A stretch of DNA of 64,000 bases, from contig DUDS01000044.1 in assembly GCA_004769085.1 (NCBI GenBank), positions 44,670-108,669 on the forward strand. Reading direction: 5' to 3'. Below, one piece after another: positions 1-9,981 of the stretch; the first letter of the stretch is position 1, and the number at the start of each line of letters is the position of its first letter. The stretch is from Candidatus Melainabacteria bacterium SSGW_16. Its GTDB lineage: Bacteria; Cyanobacteriota; Vampirovibrionia; 2-02-FULL-35-15. A program made the position numbers and the translations under genes. Under the pieces are notes generated by a model. The model was given only the letters and a program-made list of their open reading frames with translations. It was not told the origin of the DNA and searched no databases.

Positions 1-1035
1 AGTTAAGCAATCTCCATGAAGCAATCCGGCATCTAATAAAGCTTTTAAAATAACTGGTACACCGCCTATTCTATGAACATCATATGCTACATATCTTCCA
101 CCCGGTTTTAAATCTACAAAATACGGAGTAGCATGAAAAATATTTTCTATTTCTTCAATGGTAAACTTCATTCCTGCTTCATGTGCCATAGCAGGGAGAT
201 GCAAAACTGCATTTGTAGAACCCCCTGTACAGGCAACAATTCTTGCTGCATTTTCAAAAGCTTTTTTTGTCATTATATCTCTCGGCTTTATATTTTCTTT
301 AAGAAGAGCCATTATTACTTTTCCATATGCTTCATGAACTTTTTCTCTCTTTGGATCTATAGCGGGATAGGAAGAGCTTCCAGGAAGTGCAATACCTATA
401 GCTTCTGCTACACATGCCATAGTGTTTGCTGTAAATTGTCCGCCACATGAACCAGCACCAGGACATGCTGTAGATTCAATTTCATAAAGCTCTTTATCTG
501 TTATTGATCCAACATTATGCTTTCCTACCGCCTCATAAACTTCTACCAGTGTTATATCTTTCCCTTCATACTTTCCCGGCATAATAGTTCCGCCATAAAG
601 AAAAATCGATGGAAGATTTAAACGAAGCATTGCCATCATCATTCCCGGGAGGCTTTTATCACAACCTGCAATCCCTACAAGTGCATCATAACAATGTGCC
701 CGCATCATAAGTTCCACTGAATCTGCAATTATTTCCCTGCTTACAAGCGATGCTTTCATTCCTTCATGCCCCATTGCAATCCCATCACTTACAGAAATCG
801 CTGTAAATTCTCTTGGGGTTCCACCCTGCTTAGCAACTGATTTTTTAATATTTTCTGCCTGATCATGAAGGGTAATATTACAAGGGGTAGCTTCATTCCA
901 TGTACTTGCTATACCAATAAACGGCTGCCCGATTTCTTTATCTTTTAACCCCATTGCCTTAAGCATGGCTCTGTGAGGTGCTCTCTCAGGACCCTGAGTT
1001 ACGGTTTTGCTTTGATGTTTAAGATTTGTAGACAT
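1..1035 (-). CDS. ilvD: Dihydroxy-acid dehydratase, N-terminal part. The C-terminus is cut by the window edge and the start codon is at 1033-1035.
   Basis: The reverse-strand translation from 1035 reads MSTNLKHQSKTVTQGPERAPHRAMLKAMGL...CDKSLPGMMMA...CPGAGSCGGQFTANTM, the typical IlvD/EDD N-terminus with its cysteine-ligand motifs. The open frame runs off coordinate 1, so it is not in the ORF table. Confidence 0.85.
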   Translation of the reverse strand, partial: MSTNLKHQSKTVTQGPERAPHRAMLKAMGLKDKEIGQPFIGIASTWNEATPCNITLHDQAENIKKSVAKQGGTPREFTAISVSDGIAMGHEGMKASLVSREIIADSVELMMRAHCYDALVGIAGCDKSLPGMMMAMLRLNLPSIFLYGGTIMPGKYEGKDITLVEVYEAVGKHNVGSITDKELYEIESTACPGAGSCGGQFTANTMACVAEAIGIALPGSSSYPAIDPKREKVHEAYGKVIMALLKENIKPRDIMTKKAFENAARIVACTGGSTNAVLHLPAMAHEAGMKFTIEEIENIFHATPYFVDLKPGGRYVAYDVHRIGGVPVILKALLDAGLLHGDCLT

Positions 1036-1146
1036 TTATTTATGATTATTTCTGCATATACTATTGAACAGTTTGCATGATGTGTTAAATTATAGCTGAT
1101 TATAAGGATTTTAATTTTAGATTCTAGATATTAAGTTAATTAAAAA

Positions 1147-1806
1147 ATGCAAACAATGCAAAAAAGTTTAGATGAGATCTACCAAGAAAATCTCCAGTTC
1201 TGGGATAAAGCCTGGCAAAGAGTAAGCAAACCTCATAAGGAGCTACCAAAGCTTCCTTATATACATGAGCTTACAAGAAAATTGAAAAAATACCAGGTTA
1301 AAAAAGTCCTGGATCTTGGATGTGGTTCTGGATGGCTTTCTATATTCATTTCTAAATACGGTTTTGATGTAACAGGAATTGATGCTTCAAAACCTGCTAT
1401 TGATCTTGGAAAAATATGGGCAGAAGAAGAAAATCTGAATGTAAATTTTCTGGCGTGTGATTTGCTGAATATTCCTTTTAAGGAAAATTCCTTTGATGCA
1501 ATTGTTTGTAATTCAGTGTTGGAACATTTCCGGTTTGATCAGGCAAAGATTATATTTGAAACAATTCATAAAATACTTAGTGAGAAAGGGTTCTTGTTTG
1601 GTTGTTTTGATAAGGTAGGGACAGGAAAAGGTGAATACTTTGAACTTGAAGATTCTACTCATATTTATACAGATGAAATCAGGAAAGGCATGATGCTCAG
1701 AAATTACTCTGATGAAGAGCTAAAAACACTAATGAAAGACTTTGATATACTGTCGTTTGATAAAAATAGCTATGGAAGCAGATTAGTCTGGACAAGGAAG
1801 AAATAA
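1147..1806 (+). CDS. Class I SAM-dependent methyltransferase (small-molecule or RNA type, not a DNA MTase).
   Basis: 219 aa with a VLDLGCGSGW motif (SAM-binding motif I). Start codon ATG. Confidence 0.7.
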   Translation: MQTMQKSLDEIYQENLQFWDKAWQRVSKPHKELPKLPYIHELTRKLKKYQVKKVLDLGCGSGWLSIFISKYGFDVTGIDASKPAIDLGKIWAEEENLNVNFLACDLLNIPFKENSFDAIVCNSVLEHFRFDQAKIIFETIHKILSEKGFLFGCFDKVGTGKGEYFELEDSTHIYTDEIRKGMMLRNYSDEELKTLMKDFDILSFDKNSYGSRLVWTRKK

Positions 1807-1821
1807 TATACAACAAAGAAC

Positions 1822-2799
1822 TTAAAATACAGGTGTAAGCCAGTTTTTATAAACATGTTTTCTGCCCCGAACCACTTCAAAATATATTTCCTGAAGTTTT
1901 TTGCTTATCTGACCAATCTGACCATTGCCAACTTTTCTGTGATCAATTTTTATTATAGGGCTTACCTGCGCACCTGTACCGCAGAAGAAAACTTCATCAC
2001 AGATATAAAGCTCTGTTCTGTCAATTTCCCTGATTTCAGTTTCCAGCTCAAGTTCATTTTTTGCAAGCTGTATAATAGTGTCTCTCGTGACACCTTCAAG
2101 GATATTTGATGTAACAGGTGGAGTAATTAGTTTTCCATCCCTTACAATAAACAGATTCATTGCACTCCCTTCTGAGACATGCCCGTTCTGGGAAAGTACT
2201 ATGGAATCATCAAATCCGTTTAGTAAAGCATCAGTCTTTGCAAAGGCAGTGTTTACATAACTCCCCTGGATTTTACCTCTAGGGGTTAAAGCATTATCAT
2301 CCAGTCTGGTCCAGCTTGATACACAGACATGAAGTCCTTTTGAAATATCTACATAATCACCCATAGGAACGGTATATATAGAAAGTGCTGTAGGATTTCT
2401 GCCATTTGTGTTTAAAAGTGATGGTCCGATTATAAGACCTGCTTTAAATACATTTGGTCTTATGTACATATCGCATGAAGGTTTATTTTTCTTCATGAGA
2501 TCAACTGTCAATTTACAAAGCTCATCAGGTGTTTTTTCCAGTTCAAGCATAAGAATCTTACAGTTGTTTGTAAGTCTCACATAATGCTCTTTCATCCTGA
2601 AAATATACATTTGCTTTTCTTCATTGTTCCAGTAACCACGGATGCCTTCAAAGATTCCTGTACCATACTGAAAAGCATGGGTCATAATATTTATATTTGC
2701 TTCACTAATTGGTACAAACTTTTCATTAAAGTAAGCAATAGAATCAAGAGCTACGCTATCATTTGATACCATTTTTTTCTCCAGAGTTTTTTCTGTCAT
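1822..2799 (-). CDS. ilvE: Branched-chain amino-acid aminotransferase (class IV).
   Basis: 325 aa with AFQYGTGIFEGIRGY and the C-terminal GTGAQVSPI motifs characteristic of IlvE. Convergent with the methyltransferase gene. Confidence 0.85.
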   Translation of the reverse strand: MTEKTLEKKMVSNDSVALDSIAYFNEKFVPISEANINIMTHAFQYGTGIFEGIRGYWNNEEKQMYIFRMKEHYVRLTNNCKILMLELEKTPDELCKLTVDLMKKNKPSCDMYIRPNVFKAGLIIGPSLLNTNGRNPTALSIYTVPMGDYVDISKGLHVCVSSWTRLDDNALTPRGKIQGSYVNTAFAKTDALLNGFDDSIVLSQNGHVSEGSAMNLFIVRDGKLITPPVTSNILEGVTRDTIIQLAKNELELETEIREIDRTELYICDEVFFCGTGAQVSPIIKIDHRKVGNGQIGQISKKLQEIYFEVVRGRKHVYKNWLTPVF

Positions 2800-2818
2800 A
2801 ATTGTATATTATATCAGT

Positions 2819-4009
2819 TCAGTCTTTGGTTTCCACGATTACCAGTGGAATTCTTAGTATTTCATTCTTGTCAAGCGAATCAACTACAACCAAACTGTAA
2901 TTATCAGGTTTCGGTTTTTTACCTCGGGTTAAAAATGCAAGCGTCGTTACTATCTGCTCATATGGTTTAACAGACTTAAATGATTCAGTACCGGATAAAA
3001 AAACATCAGGATGAATTAATACTTCAGGTTCATCACTGTCTACCACAGCAATATTAGAAAGGCTTATTGATCTTTCAGACTTGTTCTCAAGATTAAATTG
3101 CAAAACCAGGTAATTGCCATATATTTCACTGTAATTTCCTGTAATATTTGTCAGTTCAATTTTTATGTCTTCTTTATTTAGCGATGGGTAAAATCTGAAG
3201 CCTTTATAATCCTCTCCCTCGGGAGGTTTTTCATGAACAATATTTTTAGTTTCAGGAATATCGCCCAGTAGTGAAAAATTGGTTTTAAACTTTAATGGTA
3301 AAACCGAAAATAGTCTGGTTTCAGGAATTAATCCTTTTCTTCTGATTGAGCCAATTACACCTGTTGCAGCACCTGCCCCAGCTCCAGCCAGAACACTTAT
3401 TCCGTGAGAAGCTATTGCAAGTGGTATGCCACCATACTGTATTCCTGCTATAGCTCCATGAAATCCGCCGTAAGCTATAAGAGCAGTATCATAAGTTACT
3501 ATGCTAGCAATTTTTTCCTCCGTCTTTTTAACATCAGTAGTTACTGTGCCATAAACAGGAATGAGAGTTCCATCAGGAAGAACTAGTTCATTAAAACTAA
3601 TTTCAAAAGCACCATCCTGACCAAATTTTTTTGGTTTCTTTATAGCTGTAAGAATTCCTTCTACCTTGCTTCCCTTAGGAATTAGAAAATCTTCGCTTAC
3701 AGGAATATCATGTGATATAAATCCTGCGATTTTATCCCCAATCTGACTGTAATAAAGATTAAGTGGTGTATGAATGTTTAATTCAAGATTTTCTCCTTTT
3801 CTGACAATCGTGGTTATTCCACCTTTAAGCAGGGTGCGGGAAAATGATCTCATTTGTAAGAAATCTAAACAAAATATAAAAATCATAAGCACAAAACAGA
3901 TTAAAAATCTCTTCCTGAAAATTCTTTTTAAGCAAAAGTTCAATCTGGAATTCATTAAATAAATAATACTTGTAAGGCTCATATGCATCATACTTAAATT
4001 TACTCTCAC
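2819..4009 (-). CDS. Secreted protein with a TrbI/VirB10-like beta-barrel segment and a glycine-zipper stretch (paralogue 1). The true start is probably internal, around 3955.
   Basis: The segment IPKGSKVEGILTAIKK...GQDGAFEISFNELVLPDGTLIP matches the TrbI-like signature (liPaGs.l.G...g..R..i.w..i..pdG). GAGAGAATGVIGS is a glycine zipper. A hydrophobic RKRFLICFVLMIFIFCL signal/anchor follows M19. Confidence 0.55.
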   Translation of the reverse strand: MRVNLSMMHMSLTSIIYLMNSRLNFCLKRIFRKRFLICFVLMIFIFCLDFLQMRSFSRTLLKGGITTIVRKGENLELNIHTPLNLYYSQIGDKIAGFISHDIPVSEDFLIPKGSKVEGILTAIKKPKKFGQDGAFEISFNELVLPDGTLIPVYGTVTTDVKKTEEKIASIVTYDTALIAYGGFHGAIAGIQYGGIPLAIASHGISVLAGAGAGAATGVIGSIRRKGLIPETRLFSVLPLKFKTNFSLLGDIPETKNIVHEKPPEGEDYKGFRFYPSLNKEDIKIELTNITGNYSEIYGNYLVLQFNLENKSERSISLSNIAVVDSDEPEVLIHPDVFLSGTESFKSVKPYEQIVTTLAFLTRGKKPKPDNYSLVVVDSLDKNEILRIPLVIVETKD

Positions 4010-4194
4010 CCACTATTTTCATTTAGTTCCTCAATAGGAACAATATGCCTTTCAAATACAAAGCATGTATAGTTTGGTAATATGTAATGCCATACATTTT
4101 GTAAAAATAATACACTTTTAAGTTTCCAATATTTAATCAAACTGGTTTAATAAACATCTTAGGGGTTGGAAAAAATTAGAAGGAGCAAAATAGA

Positions 4195-4659
4195 ATGATT
4201 AAATCAAAATTACTTGCATTAACATTAGTTGCAGCAATACTGCTTCCCCAAGCAGCATTAGCTGACGAAGCCAGCTCAGGCTGCAAAAAGAATTCATTTC
4301 TTGCATGGAGCGTAGGGTTACCATTTAAGCTAGTAGGCGCTGCACTTGCCACTACAACAGGTCTTCTTGTTGGAACTACAACAGGAGTTGTTCGTGGTGC
4401 AGTAAAAGGTACAAAAGCAGTTGCAGGCGCACTTGGAGATGAAGATGGTGCAGGCGAAACAGTCGCAGGCCTTGCATTTGGAGCAGCTCCAGGAGCAATA
4501 GTTCATGGTTTAGCTGGTGGACTTCTTTGGAGTGGAAAAGGGTTCCTAGCAGGACTAGAAAAACCATTTAGTTGTGCCACATTCCAGTCTGCATTCGGAG
4601 GCATTGCTGATGCTGTTGAATGGACTGCTGAAGGTGCTTCAAAGGTATTTTCAGGCTAA
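4195..4659 (+). CDS. Small secreted Gly/Ala/Thr-rich protein (glycine-zipper-like).
   Basis: AAGGAG ribosome-binding site 8 nt upstream. Signal peptide MIKSKLLALTLVAAILLPQAALA. The gene is locally GC-rich and is followed by a strong intrinsic terminator. Confidence 0.7.
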   Translation: MIKSKLLALTLVAAILLPQAALADEASSGCKKNSFLAWSVGLPFKLVGAALATTTGLLVGTTTGVVRGAVKGTKAVAGALGDEDGAGETVAGLAFGAAPGAIVHGLAGGLLWSGKGFLAGLEKPFSCATFQSAFGGIADAVEWTAEGASKVFSG

Positions 4660-4690
4660 TTATAATTACGATTATCGTTGAAGATATAAT

Positions 4691-4718
4691 AAAACCAGCA
4701 CTTCGGTGCTGGTTTTTA
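4691..4718 (+). terminator. Rho-independent terminator.
   Basis: CCAGCAC-TTCG-GTGCTGG: a perfect 7-bp GC-rich stem with a TTCG tetraloop, followed by TTTTT. Confidence 0.85.
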
Positions 4719-4732
4719 CTTTAAACAGACCA

Positions 4733-6979
4733 ATGGGCACAAGACTAACAATCTTAATCACGCTTCTTATCGGAATTCTAATAGGGTGTTATATTACCTT
4801 ACCTTTAATTAACAGATACTTAGGGCTCCCTTCTATAGCAAACCTGACAGAATATGAGCCAATAAGCTCTATAGAAATTTTTGACTACAGGGATAATTTT
4901 GTTGGATTTTTACAGGCAGAAGAAGACAGACAGGTAGTTCCACTTGGAGAGATCTCACCGTTTTTAAAGAGAGCCGTGCTGGCTATAGAAGATAAGGACT
5001 TCTACGACCATGCAGGCATTGATCCTATGGCAATAATGAGAGCATTTTTTGTAAATTTGCAGGCAGGAAGAATAGTAGAAGGCGGAAGCACTATTACACA
5101 ACAACTTGTAAAAAACCTTTTAATACCAAAAGAAGAAAGAAAAAGAACATTCGGAAGAAAATACAAGGAGATTTTACTTGCACTGGAAATGGAAAGAAAA
5201 ATAAACAAGGATAAAATCTTAGAACTTTACCTGAATCAGGTTTTCTGGGGAAACAGAGCCTATGGAATACAAAGAGCTGCACAAAGGTATTTTAATAAAG
5301 ATGCTTCAGATCTTACACTAGGTGAGTCGGGTTATCTTGCAGGCCTTTTAAAAGCTCCAAGTCAGCTTTCATCTAATTTAAAACTTGGACAGGAAAGAAA
5401 AAAGCTTGTACTACAGAAGATGCTTGAATTTGGATATATAACACAAAAACAATATAAATCAGCTCTTGATGAAAAATTCAGGTTCAGTTCATCCCCAGGA
5501 CAGTTTGAAGTTTATCCATATTATTTTTCATATGTACTTGAAGAATTAAAAAAAAGGTTTGATGTAAATCACTTGAAAGAAAAAGGATACAGGGTCTATA
5601 CCGGACTTGATCCTGATGCACAGGAAAAAGCAGAAAAAATATTAAACGAAGAAATAAAAAATGCACCTAGTGGTGTAACACAATATGCTATTTGTGCAAT
5701 TGATATTAAGACAGGACAAATAAGAACTCTTGTAGGCGGGGTTGGGGATTTCTGGAAACACCAGTGGAACCGCGCAACAAACCCTCATACCATAGGATCT
5801 GCTTTTAAACCCTTTGTTTATCTGGCTGCTTTTGAGGTTGGTTTAATAGATCCAAACACTAAAATAAAAGATTCAAAAGTAAAAATACCTGATGGCGAAA
5901 ACATGATATGGATACCAAAGAACTTTGATGGGAAGTTCTGGGGAACAATTACAGTCAGGGAAGCTCTGACATTTTCAAGAAATCTGCCTGCAGTAAAAGT
6001 TGCAAGAAAAGTTGGTATGGAAAAAATTGTAGAAATTGCAAAAAACTGCGGAATTGAAAGTGATCTGGAGCCAAACTTATCAGTATCTCTTGGAGCCAAC
6101 GCAATAACTCCTATTGAAGCAGCAAGCAGCTATGCAACATTTGCAAGAGGTGGAATTTATATAAAACCAATTTTAATCAGAAGGATTGAGGATCCGAAAA
6201 AACGCATCATTGAGAACAACTCACCTATTCCACAACGAGCCTGCTCGTCTTATGCTGCTGCAACACTTGTCAATATTTTACAGGATGTAGTAAAAAGAGG
6301 TACAGGCACACTTGCCAGATTAAAAGATCGTCCTGTAGCAGGGAAAACAGGCACTTCAGATAAGTCAAGAGACGTTTGGTTTATTGGTTTTACGCCGGAT
6401 CTATCTGTAGCCATGTGGGGAGGAAATGACAATAACAAACCAATTTTCGGAAAAGGAGTAACAGGAGGTGCAATTGTAGCAAGAGTATGGAAGAGATTCT
6501 GCGAAGATTATTATAAAGATAGAGACATTCCACCCGGACAGTTTCCTCAGCAACCGGATGTTAAAGAACTCCTTGTCGACCCTTTAACAGGATTACTTGC
6601 AACACCATATACACCAAACCCTGTTAAAAAGAGATTTTATCCAGGCACAGAACCTACAGAATTTTCACCAGTTCCAACTGGAGCAAAAAGATTCCTGCCA
6701 TTTGCGCGATTCTTATACGGTCCGTTTATTCATAACAAAAACAGGCTCAATGAAATTAAAGAAGAAATTGAAGTAAGAGAAACTGAAACAAAAGAAGAGG
6801 AAAGTACGGGGGAAGCATCTGCTGAAGACCCCAAAAACCCAGAATTAATAGAAGAAGCAAGAAGAAGATTAAATATTTTCGAAAAAGATGGTTTGGCAGA
6901 AGAGAAAAAGCCACAAATTGAACAAGTACAGAATCAGGAAGATGAATCTTCTGAAGAAGACGATGGTCTTGGACCATAA
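4733..6979 (+). CDS. Class A penicillin-binding protein (bifunctional transglycosylase/transpeptidase, PBP1A-like) with an acidic C-terminal tail.
   Basis: GT51 motifs AIEDKDFYDHAGID and GGSTITQQLVKN. Transpeptidase motifs SAFKPF, SRN and KTGTS. The tabulated start (GTG at 4706) lies inside the terminator stem, so ATG 4733 is preferred. Confidence 0.85.
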   Translation: MGTRLTILITLLIGILIGCYITLPLINRYLGLPSIANLTEYEPISSIEIFDYRDNFVGFLQAEEDRQVVPLGEISPFLKRAVLAIEDKDFYDHAGIDPMAIMRAFFVNLQAGRIVEGGSTITQQLVKNLLIPKEERKRTFGRKYKEILLALEMERKINKDKILELYLNQVFWGNRAYGIQRAAQRYFNKDASDLTLGESGYLAGLLKAPSQLSSNLKLGQERKKLVLQKMLEFGYITQKQYKSALDEKFRFSSSPGQFEVYPYYFSYVLEELKKRFDVNHLKEKGYRVYTGLDPDAQEKAEKILNEEIKNAPSGVTQYAICAIDIKTGQIRTLVGGVGDFWKHQWNRATNPHTIGSAFKPFVYLAAFEVGLIDPNTKIKDSKVKIPDGENMIWIPKNFDGKFWGTITVREALTFSRNLPAVKVARKVGMEKIVEIAKNCGIESDLEPNLSVSLGANAITPIEAASSYATFARGGIYIKPILIRRIEDPKKRIIENNSPIPQRACSSYAAATLVNILQDVVKRGTGTLARLKDRPVAGKTGTSDKSRDVWFIGFTPDLSVAMWGGNDNNKPIFGKGVTGGAIVARVWKRFCEDYYKDRDIPPGQFPQQPDVKELLVDPLTGLLATPYTPNPVKKRFYPGTEPTEFSPVPTGAKRFLPFARFLYGPFIHNKNRLNEIKEEIEVRETETKEEESTGEASAEDPKNPELIEEARRRLNIFEKDGLAEEKKPQIEQVQNQEDESSEEDDGLGP

Positions 6980-6997
6980 CTAAGGAGCTCTATATCT

Positions 6998-7780
6998 TTG
7001 GCTGAAAACATAAAACATGATCAGAATCAAATTGTTTTTGGAAGAAATCCTGTTCTGGAAGTGATTGAAAACAGTTCGGTGCAGGTAAATAAAATATGGA
7101 TTGCTGAAAATTTTAACGATCAGCACCTTAAAAAAACAATAATTTCATTTGCAAAAGAGAAAAAGATTCCTTTCATGTTTGTACCTGATAATAAATTAAA
7201 AAATCTTACTAGCAATCAAAAACATCAGGGTATAGTACTAAGCATATCACCGGTGGAATATAAATCTGTTGGTGAAATTATTGAAAATACATTACAAAAA
7301 CATGATCTGAAAATTGTTTTAATAGCCAATGAAATCGAGGATAATCACAACCTCGGTGCAATAATAAGAACATTTGCAGGAGCAGGCGGAAAAGGCATAA
7401 TACTAACAGGAAAAAGTAATGTAGGAATCAATGCTACAACAATAAAAACAAGTGCAGGAGCACTTTTCCGAACAGAATTTGCCAGAGTAACGAACTGTGT
7501 AAATGTACTAAACCAGCTTAAAGAATCCGGGTTCTGGATTGTCGGAACTGATATAGGTACAGAATCAAAATCAATTTATGAAACTGATTTCCCTGACATG
7601 CTTGCAATTTTAGTAGGGAATGAACATGAAGGATTGGGCAAACATGTTAAAAACAATTGTGACTTTCTGGTTAAAATTCCAATTAATGAAATGGTTGAAT
7701 CATTAAATGTTTCTGTTGCCTTTGGTATCATTTTATTTGAAATATTAAGACAAAATAAATACTTTAAAGCTATATCCTAG
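6998..7780 (+). CDS. rlmB: SpoU/TrmH-family RNA 2'-O-methyltransferase (RlmB-like).
   Basis: 260 aa. N-terminal VFGRNPVLEVIEN (RlmB substrate-binding domain) and the LVGNEHEGL SpoU motif. Confidence 0.7.
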   Translation: MAENIKHDQNQIVFGRNPVLEVIENSSVQVNKIWIAENFNDQHLKKTIISFAKEKKIPFMFVPDNKLKNLTSNQKHQGIVLSISPVEYKSVGEIIENTLQKHDLKIVLIANEIEDNHNLGAIIRTFAGAGGKGIILTGKSNVGINATTIKTSAGALFRTEFARVTNCVNVLNQLKESGFWIVGTDIGTESKSIYETDFPDMLAILVGNEHEGLGKHVKNNCDFLVKIPINEMVESLNVSVAFGIILFEILRQNKYFKAIS

Positions 7781-7907
7781 ACAATCTTCAGGTATTCTCC
7801 CTACGAGATTCGTGACAGATATCACTACCAGGTTAATTAATTCTAAATAGAATTAACTTTCGGAACATTGAAATGTTAGTCTAAAATATATTCAAAGGAA
7901 AATTTAA

Positions 7908-8951
7908 ATGTTAACAACACTACCAGTAACAGCAGCAAGAGTAAAAACAAGAAGACCAGTTGGTCCTCGTCCCAATCTTTCAGACACAATCGTAGGAAGA
8001 GGTGATGTAACTTTAGTAGACGGAAAACTTGTAAAAGAAACTCCATCACCAAAAAACGATGGTAAACCAAATCTTTTAATTGTCCAGCCTAATGTTGTAA
8101 GACTACAATCTGAACAAAAAAGAATACTTGCTGAACAAAGATCAGACTCAAACCCATACAGAAGTGGTGCTCCTATTAACGATCCTGATCTTGCAGATGA
8201 TCCAGATGCAATAAAAGCAAGAAGAAATTTTAAAAGATCTGTTGGTATAGATATTCAACTCGATATTATTAATGAGCCACCACCAAAAGGATTTAACGGA
8301 TTATTTGAAAATCTGCCTGTGTTAAGAATCAGGAGAAATGTTAATCCAAATCAACCTATTGAAAAATGGTTTTATCTTGGACAGGCAAAAGACGATGGCA
8401 GGGAAGGGTATGGTTTTGTAAATGTTATTGAAATGAATGGAAAAAATGCCCTGAATTATTTGTTTCTAAAGAAGAAGGATGAAGAAGGCTTAAAACTAAC
8501 AACAGGTTACACAATAGAAGAAGCAACCAGAACATTTAAAGGTCCAAATCTTAAAAAACTCAACAGAGTAATTTTTATGTCAAGAGACGGTGGAAAACCA
8601 ATAGAATGGCATAGCCTCGGAAAATTTGAAGGGAAATATACTATAGTTCGAAGATCAAATAATGGCATACTTGATATACGAAAAGGGGTTGATGTTGATA
8701 AGTTTGTAAGAGATGGTCTTGCCATCCTTGATGAGATTAGCCCTGCTAAAAAAGCACCTGCAACCCTTCCAGTACCTACACATAAACCAATTCCTGTTTC
8801 AAATGGTACTGGTTTACCAAGTACAAAAAGAGCAACAAATTCTGCTCAATCATCTCCAGCAAGAACTACTCCTACAAGACCTATTAAACAAGAAACTCCT
8901 GACATTGTTACAAGATTTATAAATTTCGTTAAATCATTGAAATTTTGGTAA
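7908..8951 (+). CDS. Hypothetical protein with a Pro/Thr-rich C-terminal tail.
   Basis: 347-aa ORF with no recognisable motif and no signal peptide, preceded by a 127-nt AT-rich 5' region. Confidence 0.5.
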   Translation: MLTTLPVTAARVKTRRPVGPRPNLSDTIVGRGDVTLVDGKLVKETPSPKNDGKPNLLIVQPNVVRLQSEQKRILAEQRSDSNPYRSGAPINDPDLADDPDAIKARRNFKRSVGIDIQLDIINEPPPKGFNGLFENLPVLRIRRNVNPNQPIEKWFYLGQAKDDGREGYGFVNVIEMNGKNALNYLFLKKKDEEGLKLTTGYTIEEATRTFKGPNLKKLNRVIFMSRDGGKPIEWHSLGKFEGKYTIVRRSNNGILDIRKGVDVDKFVRDGLAILDEISPAKKAPATLPVPTHKPIPVSNGTGLPSTKRATNSAQSSPARTTPTRPIKQETPDIVTRFINFVKSLKFW

Positions 8952-9911
8952 TCAACCAGAAAGACTATAATCAAGCTCTTTCATCATTGGTTCAATTATA
9001 GGAAAAGTATTCTGAATTAAATTAATATTTTTCTTCCATTTGTCTTTATGGGGCTTGGTTACATAATTTACAAGTGGTGGTCTATATGACAGTTTTTTTA
9101 CTTCACCGTCAAAAGGGATATCAACGAAATAACATATACTTTTTATAATCTCTGCCGTATTACAACTAAGGTCCTCATAGCTAACTGTCATTCTTCTTTC
9201 ACTATCTATTTTCTTTAAGCCATTCAAGGCAGCAGCATTTGAACTAACCCATTGAAATGCACATACTTCTTCAAGTGTTTTATTTGTGTAATTTTCCCAC
9301 CCCGGAGGCAAAACATATTTCCAGCTTTTCCCATTGTTTTCACTATAACCCTTTATATTCAAAGGGATTCCTGCTGCCTGTCCTCTGGTGTATTTCCCGG
9401 GTGCTTTCCAGCCTTCCATTAGTGAATTAATATTTGATCTTCCATCTCTCTTTAAAAAGATAAAATAACAATCACTGAACAATTTATTTATAAAAGGTAT
9501 ACGAAAGCAGTTTTTTGGAGTTTTCTCAACAATTCTATAATCAGACAAAAAGATATTTTTATATGCAATATTAATTTTTTTTATAATGTCTACTGTAAAG
9601 TTAAGTGGCTTATTTTTTAACAAATATTCTCTTACAATATAACCAAGATAGTAATAGTTCAAAGTATTCATGTGAAACTGATTAATCAGGAATGTTTTTA
9701 ATTCATCATTTAAATCATTCTCACTTAAAACCTCATTATTAAACTTTTTACCTGAGTGCTTAAAATAAGCATTCCATATATCATTGCTTTCCCGGTACAG
9801 TGACCACAAATAAGGACTTGAGCTTAATATTCTAAAAAGCAGGCTGGTACCAGATCTTGGGCATCCTACAATAATTACTGGTTTTTTTATAATTAATGCT
9901 TTTTGCACCAC
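8952..9911 (-). CDS. Sulfotransferase-family protein (PAPS-dependent).
   Basis: The N-terminal VGCPRSGTSLL matches the sulfotransferase 5'-phosphosulfate-binding loop (PKSGTT-like). 319 aa. Confidence 0.6.
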   Translation of the reverse strand: MVQKALIIKKPVIIVGCPRSGTSLLFRILSSSPYLWSLYRESNDIWNAYFKHSGKKFNNEVLSENDLNDELKTFLINQFHMNTLNYYYLGYIVREYLLKNKPLNFTVDIIKKINIAYKNIFLSDYRIVEKTPKNCFRIPFINKLFSDCYFIFLKRDGRSNINSLMEGWKAPGKYTRGQAAGIPLNIKGYSENNGKSWKYVLPPGWENYTNKTLEEVCAFQWVSSNAAALNGLKKIDSERRMTVSYEDLSCNTAEIIKSICYFVDIPFDGEVKKLSYRPPLVNYVTKPHKDKWKKNINLIQNTFPIIEPMMKELDYSLSG

Positions 9912-9981
9912 CCACCTAATTGTATGAAATTGCTTAACCCTCGGAGTAGTAATAATATAACAACAACCTCTTCTAAAGAAA

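Noticed and set aside
133-450. A 105-aa plus-strand ORF at the start of the window.
   Set aside because: It lies entirely antisense to the clearly recognisable ilvD coding sequence, and its Cys/Phe-rich product is low complexity. It is an antisense shadow ORF.
2078-2766. Several 60-97 aa ORFs antisense to ilvE, PBP1A, uvrB, coaBC, the 1203-aa gene and others.
   Set aside because: All lie opposite confidently assigned genes, have low-complexity products and no RBS. They are typical shadow ORFs in an AT-rich genome.
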